NCBI GenBank assembly: GCA_036637915.1
Contig: JAVWLP010000005.1
Location: forward strand, 5,793 to 29,792
Source of the DNA: Erysipelothrix sp.
GTDB taxonomy: Bacteria > Bacillota_I > Bacilli_A > Erysipelotrichales > Erysipelotrichaceae
Direction of reading: 5' to 3'
DNA length: 24,000 nucleotides
The notes beneath the pieces are model-generated. The model made no database searches. It had not been told where the DNA came from and was given only the letters and a program-made list of their open reading frames with translations. Shown piece after piece: positions 17,729-24,000 of the stretch (position 1 is its first letter; every line of letters begins with the position of its first letter). The position numbers and the translations under genes are program-made.

Positions 17729-19081
17729 TTATAGATCATCAAATGAAATATCGTCAAGTGAGATATCATCTAATTCATCAACCACTGTATCTTGTGGTTT
17801 CATTTCATCTTCAAGATATTGTTTGTCCAAGATTCTGAAGAATGGGTAGTAAACTAAGCAACCTAATGCTAGAAGACCTAATTGGAATACTCCAGCAAAG
17901 AGACTACCTGTTGATAACCATCCCGAGAAGAAGATTGGTGTTGTCCATGGTAGCGCAATTCCTGTTGTATAAGGAATAATACCCGTAATTGTAGCTGCTG
18001 TAGCTAAAGCGATATTCATAACTGGTACAAGTAGGAATGGAATAAGAATGATTGGGTTCAACACGATTGGAAGACCAAAGATAATCATTTCGTTGATTCC
18101 GAAGATACCAGGAACAATTGACAAGCGACCAAGTTGTTTCATACGTTGGGATTTACCCATTGTCATCATCAAGATTACAAGTGAGAGGGTACTTCCTCCA
18201 CCACCATAGTTACCAAAGAAGTCTGAGAATGGTCCTGTAAAGATGTATGGTAATGTTTCACCTGCAATATAAGCTGCTTGGTTAGCATATGTCATTGTGT
18301 TGTGAATTGGTGAGAATACAGTATTGGTAATAGCTGGTCCATTAATACCAAAGAACCAGAATAGGTTTGATAAGAATTGGTAAATTGCTTCAAAGAAGTT
18401 ATTCGTTCCAAGACCCATCAACGGCGTTTGCAGTACTGTAAAGATAAAGTTTTGAGCATTTCCAAATGATGTATTAACGAATACTAAACGTACTAAGAAG
18501 AAAGTAATCATTACGAACATACTTGGAACTAAAGCAGCGAAGGATCCCATAACTGCAGGTGGAACACCTTCAGGAAGTTTAATAACCCAACCTTTTTTAG
18601 TTACAAATGCAAAGATTTGAACTGCAACAATAGCAGTAATCATAGCAAGGAATAAACCTTGTGAGTTTAAGTTTGAGAAAGCAAACCCTCTAAATGGTTT
18701 ACCTGCTTCATTTAAGAATAGATCGTGTGTTTGTGGTGTAATGATAAGATATGATACAAGAGCAACCACACCACCTGCAATAGGTTCAACTTTTAATTGT
18801 TTTGCGTATGAGTAAGCAATACCTAATACGTTAAGCAATGCAATCATATTAATTGTAGCATTTGATACTACTAATAGGTGGCTGTCCCACCCTGCCCCAA
18901 AGATTCCTTCCATAAATTCTGGATATCCAGTAATAGGGAAGTTTGCAATCAATAAGAATATTGATGCAACAATAATTAATGGCGTACTGATTAAGAAACC
19001 ATCACGGATTGCAACAAGAACTTTATTCGTACTTAGTTTTTCCGCGATTGGCGCCATCGTATTTTCTAGCCAATCAAACAT
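17729..19081 (-). CDS. PTS lactose/cellobiose-family EIIC permease
   Basis: 450-aa polytopic membrane protein with the typical EIIC(Lac/Cel) N-terminus (PIAEKLSTNKVLVAIRDGF). It has an unusual acidic C-terminal tail. It lies 3 nt downstream of the EIIB gene. Confidence 0.9.
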   Translation of the reverse strand: MFDWLENTMAPIAEKLSTNKVLVAIRDGFLISTPLIIVASIFLLIANFPITGYPEFMEGIFGAGWDSHLLVVSNATINMIALLNVLGIAYSYAKQLKVEPIAGGVVALVSYLIITPQTHDLFLNEAGKPFRGFAFSNLNSQGLFLAMITAIVAVQIFAFVTKKGWVIKLPEGVPPAVMGSFAALVPSMFVMITFFLVRLVFVNTSFGNAQNFIFTVLQTPLMGLGTNNFFEAIYQFLSNLFWFFGINGPAITNTVFSPIHNTMTYANQAAYIAGETLPYIFTGPFSDFFGNYGGGGSTLSLVILMMTMGKSQRMKQLGRLSIVPGIFGINEMIIFGLPIVLNPIILIPFLLVPVMNIALATAATITGIIPYTTGIALPWTTPIFFSGWLSTGSLFAGVFQLGLLALGCLVYYPFFRILDKQYLEDEMKPQDTVVDELDDISLDDISFDDL

Positions 19082-19084
19082 ATG

Positions 19085-19408
19085 TTATTCTCCTCTTCCT
19101 TTAATAAGCATAATCGCTTTCTTTAATACACGTTCTCCATCGACTTTCCCATAATCTTCTAAATCGATTACTTCGATAGGAACACCTGTATCTCCATATT
19201 TCGCTTTTGTTTCTTCAAATTTATATTTAATTTGTGGACCTAGCAAAATAACATCTGGATGAAATTCCTGAACAATGGCATCCATCTTTGAATCAGAGAA
19301 TGCTTTCACTTCAATCGGTAAATTATGAGTGTCGGCAACTGTTTGCATTTTACTTGCTAACAAGCTTGTTGACATCCCTGCATTACAGAATAAATATACA
19401 CGTTTCAT
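19085..19408 (-). CDS. PTS lactose/cellobiose-family EIIB
   Basis: 107-aa ORF with the phospho-cysteine loop LFC8NAGMSTS at the N-terminus. RBS aaggaggga lies upstream. Confidence 0.9.
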   Translation of the reverse strand: MKRVYLFCNAGMSTSLLASKMQTVADTHNLPIEVKAFSDSKMDAIVQEFHPDVILLGPQIKYKFEETKAKYGDTGVPIEVIDLEDYGKVDGERVLKKAIMLIKGRGE

Positions 19409-19450
19409 AGGATATTCTCCCTCCTTATTGTAACTATATTATAACTTCCT

Positions 19451-19465
19451 ATGTAATCGCTTGCT
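19451..19465. promoter_or_regulatory. Candidate catabolite-responsive element (cre, CcpA site) upstream of the EIIB operon
   Basis: atgtaatcgcttgct fits the relaxed cre consensus WTGNAANCGNWNNCW at all constrained positions. It lies 43-57 nt upstream of the EIIB start codon. Confidence 0.45.
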
Positions 19466-19490
19466 TATATTTATATTTCCTAAGACAACG

Positions 19491-19507
19491 GAACGTTCTT
19501 ACGTAAG
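19491..19507. promoter_or_regulatory. Two abutting perfect palindromes (GAACGTTC and CTTACGTAAG), candidate activator/operator site
   Basis: The palindromes are read directly from the sequence. They lie in the divergent control region, about 55-75 nt upstream of a possible minus-strand -10 box (TATAGT, 19432-19437). Confidence 0.3.
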
Positions 19508-19584
19508 CTTTAATCATGATAGTGAAATAATTATGAAAGATTGATGATATTATCTGGTTGTTAAAGGTATAGTGATTGTGAAAT

Positions 19585-19593
19585 TGTTAGAAT
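19585..19593 (+). promoter_or_regulatory. Possible extended -10 promoter element for the plus-strand two-gene module
   Basis: TGTTAGAAT matches the TGnTAnAAT form, 21 nt upstream of the GTG at 19614. No good -35 element was found. Confidence 0.3.
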
Positions 19594-19613
19594 AGAATAA
19601 TAAATAAGAAAGC

Positions 19614-20165
19614 GTGGTACTTAATATGGATTCAAACATGTTACTTTATGTTGGTGGTTTCGCATTTGTTGCAATCATCTTTGTTTTTGGAATGATGAAA
19701 TCGAAACAATCAGCAGCTAAAATGACTCAAAAGATATCGGAGATGTCTAACATTAAAGACACACACCCTGATGTTTCTAAAATTTATGTCTTTTCTAAAT
19801 CAGATAAAACTGGATTCGGATCTGATATATCGATTGGAGTTTTAAAAATAAATAACGACCCTGTTCGCATACTTGATGAAAAAACAGGCTCTTACTCAAC
19901 AGAAATGAACTTTGAAGGTCACAACTGGCAAGCTATAATGGATGAAACAAATAAGTATAACTTCATGGCTTTTTATGTTGTACCTGGAAAAAATACTATC
20001 ACGGCACAATATTTCAACCAGCGAGAGGGCTTAAAGTACGACACAGTCACAAAATATACTGATCCTATTACTTTCGATATTAATCCCGAACCAAATAAAT
20101 CTTACTTGCTAAATTTTGACAAAGACCTTGTAGAATTTACACTTGAAGAATGGCATGCAAACTAA
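19614..20165 (+). CDS. Membrane-anchored hypothetical protein (one N-terminal TM helix plus beta-rich domain, DUF2846-like pattern)
   Basis: 183-aa ORF from GTG 19614 (alternative ATG at 19626). TM helix LLYVGGFAFVAIIFVFGMM. The pattern IYVFSK...ISIGVLKINNDPV..L...GSY....VVPGKNTI resembles DUF2846-type proteins from memory only. Confidence 0.5.
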   Translation: MVLNMDSNMLLYVGGFAFVAIIFVFGMMKSKQSAAKMTQKISEMSNIKDTHPDVSKIYVFSKSDKTGFGSDISIGVLKINNDPVRILDEKTGSYSTEMNFEGHNWQAIMDETNKYNFMAFYVVPGKNTITAQYFNQREGLKYDTVTKYTDPITFDINPEPNKSYLLNFDKDLVEFTLEEWHAN

Positions 20166-20730
20166 TAAATATCGACAAAGTATTGGTATTTCAATACTTT
20201 ATCTAGTGCGATCTATCATACTTATTGCATTAACACTTTTAGGGATCATCACCATACAATATTTCATAGGAAAGGAATATGGAAGCACCATTTTAGTAAA
20301 TTATCCTAGACTTTTATCCAATGACTTCGCTGCAATAAGTTCAGTGATTATAGGAATCCTATATTGGTGGGGAGCAACCAATATCTCTGTTAAAATCAGT
20401 GATGATGAATTAATAGTAAAGCGTTTCTTTATTAAAAGATGCCAAGTTGATCTTTGGACTACTCGCGTCAAGGTTATCCAGACTACAACACATTCTATTA
20501 GCTTTAATGGTTTTGGAAACGTCTTCACGAATATTCTAACTCCCAAAAGAATCAAGATTGTAGTGGTTAATTCCGATTCATCAAAAACCAAAATTAACGC
20601 AACCGGCCTCGGTATAAACAATGCAGATGCACTTCGAGAACATATCCAAATGTACTCAGGTAGTAATCCCGATTTAACAATTCTACACAGTACTCAAGTA
20701 TCTAGCAAGCCTAAGAACTTGGTCCACTAA
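20143..20730 (+). CDS. Two-TM hypothetical membrane protein with possible bacterial PH-like (bPH/DUF304-like) domain
   Basis: 195-aa ORF from TTG 20143 (alternative ATG at 20155), overlapping the upstream ORF by 23 or 11 nt. TM helices are ISILYLVRSIILIALTLLGIITI and FAAISSVIIGILYWW. These are followed by ISVKISDDELIVKRFFIKRCQVDL... Confidence 0.45.
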   Translation: MKNGMQTNKYRQSIGISILYLVRSIILIALTLLGIITIQYFIGKEYGSTILVNYPRLLSNDFAAISSVIIGILYWWGATNISVKISDDELIVKRFFIKRCQVDLWTTRVKVIQTTTHSISFNGFGNVFTNILTPKRIKIVVVNSDSSKTKINATGLGINNADALREHIQMYSGSNPDLTILHSTQVSSKPKNLVH

Positions 20731-20732
20731 AA

Positions 20733-20761
20733 AAGATACCTTCCAAGTTGGGAGGTATCTT
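20733..20761. terminator. Bidirectional terminator between convergent genes
   Basis: 12-bp stem aagataccttcc / gggaggtatctt (one G-U pair on the plus strand, a mismatch on the minus strand), loop aagtt. It is flanked by aaaa and tttt, between the plus-strand ORF stop (20730) and the EIIA stop (20766). Confidence 0.6.
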
Positions 20762-20765
20762 TTAA

Positions 20766-21095
20766 TTATTTAATTTTTTGTGCAAGTTCATTGATTGTTT
20801 CATAACTCTTAATGAGTTGTTCTGCTAAAATTTTAATAGTTTCAGCCGACATCAATTGGTCTTCTGCATGCATTAAGATTAAGTTAATATCTGTTCTTTC
20901 GCCACTTGCTTCTTTTTGGATTAATTCAAAGTGCGCTTCATGTCCTTGAACACGATGGCTTTCACCTTCTTCAATTAATTCATGTGCTTTTACGAAATCA
21001 TTCTGTTGAGCATATGTCATTGCTTCCATAAAGAGTGATTTCGCAGCACCTACTGCACTAATAATTTTAAAACTAACTAATTCTAATTCTTCCAT
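20766..21095 (-). CDS. PTS lactose/cellobiose-family EIIA
   Basis: 109-aa helical protein with the phospho-histidine motif LMH76AEDQLM. RBS aggagg lies 9 nt after the regulator stop codon. Confidence 0.85.
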   Translation of the reverse strand: MEELELVSFKIISAVGAAKSLFMEAMTYAQQNDFVKAHELIEEGESHRVQGHEAHFELIQKEASGERTDINLILMHAEDQLMSAETIKILAEQLIKSYETINELAQKIK

Positions 21096-21104
21096 AGTTT
21101 CCTC

Positions 21105-23012
21105 CTAGTCGTTCATCATCCAATGAACAAATTCATTTCTGTTTTTAGATTGTAATAACTTTGACATCTTCGATGCATTTGTAATCGTCTCTGACAACCA
21201 ATCAAAGAATAACCACATTGTTGCACTGTCTTCCTCAGTAATAGCAAGCATCATCACTAGTTTTACATTGTAGCTTCCCCATTGTATTGGTTTCTTAAGT
21301 AGCGCTACCGCAACTTTTGATTGCTGACTTTCAAGATCCAATGGATGAGGAATTGCAATTGAATAAATAAATGACGTTGAGGACATTGCCTCTCTATCAA
21401 AGATAGATTCTTTAAAGTGCTTCGATACGATGCCATTTTCATATAATTCTTGACTCATATAATCAATTACTTCTTCAGGTGTTTCCTTATCAAGATCCTT
21501 GAAGAAGAAACGTTCATCAATTAAGGTACCAAATTGGTTCCCAAATTCGAGGTTAAACTGTTCCTTGTCCAACTCGTTTAACACTCTAAATATCTTACTT
21601 TCATCTTCATGGTTTACAAACATCGATATCTGTACTGTCTCAATTTCAAGACTATGGTCAATTGGCAACGTCGTTATGATCAAATCAATATTCATGTTGA
21701 TAACTTCTTTTTCAACATAATATTCGGAAATCTCCGCAATTTCCAATCGCTCTTTGAACATATTCGTAATTTTACCTTTAGTAAGTTTGGAGAGACTTCG
21801 ATTATTCGGAGCAATCAAGAGTACTTGATGTTTTTTCTTCACGGAGAGACGATCATAAGCTGCACCAATATGTAGCGAGATAAAACCCACTTCAGATTCC
21901 GATAATTCAAACCCAAAGGCGTTACCAATTAAGCGTCCAATAACCAATCCCATCTCAAAAATTAAAGGGTATGATTTCTTCACTTCTTGAAGGTGAGCAT
22001 TAGGAATAATGGATTCATTTTTCATTCTTAGAACAAGTGATTGAATATGAAGATGAAGTCCGCTCTTGAAATCGTTGTCTTGAGAGAAATCCAAGTCAAA
22101 TGTATCAAGTAGAACATCTGTCACATCATCCAACAACTTCGCTACATCGACAGTCTTACCTTTATACTCTATGGTTTCACTTAAATGATAAGCATTTTGG
22201 TATCCCATAAGAATATTCGCAAGGCCTCGTGCTTCAGCTTCAGAGTATTCAACTGGCACCATCTTAGTTATTTTCTCAAAGAAGCACTTTGTAATTTCAA
22301 ACTCAACACCATCACCGGCTTGTTTGTTTACAGATTCCAAGCTTACATAGTGGCCACTCAACATACGTTCAATGGTAATTCCAATATGAACCACAATCAT
22401 AGGGATTGCAGTTTCTCTTACAGAATAATTAAATTCCACTAAGGTATCTTCGAATACTTTTGTAACTTGTACCAAATCGAAGCGACTGTATAAAAGAGCC
22501 GTTCGATTGATGTTCAAGAAGTTATCTTTAATTTCGTTTGTTAGTAAATCACGATAAATTTTACGTTTAACGTGTTCATTTCCTTGGAAATAAATACTAT
22601 TATCTTCACGTATTAGCTTTAGACCAACATAAGGTTTGATTAATTCACGAATCCGTTTTATATCACCTTCGATGGTATGTTCACTTACATAAAGCTCTCC
22701 TTGTAAATCCATGATTTTTTGACGTTTCTTAGAAAACAGAAGAATTTTAATAATATGAATACTCCGTTCATCTGGTGTTTGCGGAATTACATCAACATCT
22801 GCATAACTGAGTGATTGGTATTTACTAATATCTAATTGATAGCCTTCTCGTGTACTCGATTCAACAATTCCAGGATGTTCTTGATTTAATGAATCAATGT
22901 CGGAACGGATTGTCCGGTCTGTTACCCCCACAATGCGCGAGAGTTCTTTTCCTTTAATCCATGTTTTCTGATCCGAGAGATATTCTAATATTTTTCGTTG
23001 TCTCGAATTCAT
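21105..23012 (-). CDS. PRD-domain transcriptional regulator with C-terminal EIIB-like and EIIA(Mtl/Fru-type) domains (LicR/MtlR class)
   Basis: 635-aa ORF with an N-terminal HTH (KELSRIVGVTDRTIRSDI). Two PRD-like regions carry conserved His residues (VVHIGITIER; LHLHIQSL / ISLHIGAAYDR). A C-terminal EIIA-2 domain contains IAIPHPL. Confidence 0.85.
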   Translation of the reverse strand: MNSRQRKILEYLSDQKTWIKGKELSRIVGVTDRTIRSDIDSLNQEHPGIVESSTREGYQLDISKYQSLSYADVDVIPQTPDERSIHIIKILLFSKKRQKIMDLQGELYVSEHTIEGDIKRIRELIKPYVGLKLIREDNSIYFQGNEHVKRKIYRDLLTNEIKDNFLNINRTALLYSRFDLVQVTKVFEDTLVEFNYSVRETAIPMIVVHIGITIERMLSGHYVSLESVNKQAGDGVEFEITKCFFEKITKMVPVEYSEAEARGLANILMGYQNAYHLSETIEYKGKTVDVAKLLDDVTDVLLDTFDLDFSQDNDFKSGLHLHIQSLVLRMKNESIIPNAHLQEVKKSYPLIFEMGLVIGRLIGNAFGFELSESEVGFISLHIGAAYDRLSVKKKHQVLLIAPNNRSLSKLTKGKITNMFKERLEIAEISEYYVEKEVINMNIDLIITTLPIDHSLEIETVQISMFVNHEDESKIFRVLNELDKEQFNLEFGNQFGTLIDERFFFKDLDKETPEEVIDYMSQELYENGIVSKHFKESIFDREAMSSTSFIYSIAIPHPLDLESQQSKVAVALLKKPIQWGSYNVKLVMMLAITEEDSATMWLFFDWLSETITNASKMSKLLQSKNRNEFVHWMMND

Positions 23013-23026
23013 CGTATCACCTCTCT

Positions 23027-24000
23027 TTATTCGGGCTTAATCATCTTTTGATAATCAAAGAATACATCAAATTCTTCCGAAGTCATAAGGTCATGCCCAA
23101 CAACTACATCTTTAATACTTAAGCCTTCTTGGTGAGCTTCTTTCACAATTTTCGCTGTTTCATCATAACCAAATCTTTGGTTTAAAAATGTCGCGGTCAT
23201 AAGTGACGTTGTAAGGTTGGTTTCCATTTTATCTTCATTAACAGTAATACCACTCAAGCACCGTTCGTTAAATGAATTGAGAGCATCTGATAATAGCACA
23301 ACAGATTGCCATGTATTATAGATAATTAATGGCATATATACATTCAATTCAAAATTCCCTTGAGAAGATCCAATCACAACCGCTTGGTTATTGGCCATAA
23401 CTTGAACACAAGTCATCGTCAGTGCCTCACACTGAGTCGGGTTTACTTTCCCTGGCATAATCGAGCTTCCAGCTTCATTTGCAGGCAGATTAATTTCTCC
23501 CAATCCACATCGCGGACCACTCGCTAACCAACGGATATCATTCGCCATTTTCATCGAGTTACTTGCAATAGCATTCAAAGCACCATGATTGAATACGAAG
23601 GCATCCTTTGTACTCATCGCGTGGAATTTATTAGGGGTCGGTTTAAAACTTTCGTCCAGATATTTATTGAGAATGTTACAAACTTCTAAGTCAAATCCTT
23701 CGTAAGTATTTAGTCCCGTTCCTACAGCTGTAGAACCTATTGATAGATTTCGTAAATAAACAAGTGCATCTTCAATTTGTTTATTGCCCTCAACATACAT
23801 ATATTGCCAGCCACTGATTTCTTGTCCAAAAGAAATTGGTGTTGCATCTTGAAGGTGTGTTCTTCCCGTTTTGAGGACTGAACCGTACTTTTCACCTAGA
23901 ATGGAGAATGTATTATCCATTGAATTCATACTTGGTATAAGTCTTTTTTTCAGTATCTCTACGGTGCAAATATGCATCGCAGTTGGGAATACATCGTTTG
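23027..24000 (-). CDS. fumC: Fumarate hydratase class II (C-terminal ~324 codons; 5' end lies beyond the window)
   Basis: The signature GSSIMPGKVNPTQCEALTM is fumarase-type, with GRTHLQDATPISFGQEISGW. The frame stays open to position 24000 (..NDVFPTAMH..), so the ATG at 23977 is internal. Confidence 0.85.
   Translation of the reverse strand, partial: NDVFPTAMHICTVEILKKRLIPSMNSMDNTFSILGEKYGSVLKTGRTHLQDATPISFGQEISGWQYMYVEGNKQIEDALVYLRNLSIGSTAVGTGLNTYEGFDLEVCNILNKYLDESFKPTPNKFHAMSTKDAFVFNHGALNAIASNSMKMANDIRWLASGPRCGLGEINLPANEAGSSIMPGKVNPTQCEALTMTCVQVMANNQAVVIGSSQGNFELNVYMPLIIYNTWQSVVLLSDALNSFNERCLSGITVNEDKMETNLTTSLMTATFLNQRFGYDETAKIVKEAHQEGLSIKDVVVGHDLMTSEEFDVFFDYQKMIKPE

Noticed and set aside
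20301-20621. 106-aa minus-strand ORF inside the second plus-strand membrane-protein gene
   Set aside because: The plus-strand ORF is longer, has plausible TM helices and is coupled to the upstream ORF. The antisense ORF has no RBS and no start context. Because the plus-strand gene is itself only moderately supported, this rejection is moderately confident.
19409-20765. Interpreting the plus-strand two-gene block as a mobile-element insertion
   Set aside because: It has no inverted or direct flanking repeats, no transposase, integrase or recombinase, and no obvious compositional break. It is bounded by an ordinary promoter region and a shared terminator.
21499-22442. Plus-strand ORFs of 73, 88 and 85 aa antisense to the PRD regulator
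   Set aside because: They are antisense to a full-length, domain-complete regulator gene and have no independent support.
23975-23977. ATG at 23977 offered as the start of the fumarase ORF
   Set aside because: The frame stays open to the window edge, and the upstream residues (NDVFPTAMH) match the conserved fumarase region. The gene is therefore truncated by the window, not started here.

Overview
Low-GC Bacillota-type chromosomal segment, transcribed almost entirely on the minus strand. The left third (1-8.4 kb) is a conserved housekeeping block: lysS, hslO, ftsH, hpt, tilS, an orphan MazF/PemK-fold gene, an mreB/mbl paralogue, and a small 2-TM protein gene whose 3' end carries a frame-shifting 20-bp tandem duplication. 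The remaining ~16 kb is one functional neighbourhood built around a Lac/Cel-family PTS. It begins with fumC (partial), a PRD/EIIA-type regulator and EIIA. A divergent two-gene membrane-protein module on the plus strand follows. Next is a tightly packed nine-gene operon: EIIB, EIIC, a GrdB-N-terminal-like protein, a degenerate M42, an intact M42, an AGA-type glycosylasparaginase, an M20 dipeptidase, aspartate ammonia-lyase and CutC. A 764-aa PNGase-like transglutaminase-core protein lies directly downstream. No phospho-glycosidase is present. I interpret the locus as a candidate PTS-dependent route for GlcNAc-Asn or small N-glycopeptides (import, peptide trimming, amide cleavage, then Asp -> fumarate -> malate). 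I do not know of a characterised example, and novelty cannot be verified without database searches. All family assignments rest on motifs and by-eye alignment to remembered sequences. I saw no rRNA, tRNA, CRISPR, IS element or prophage signal.
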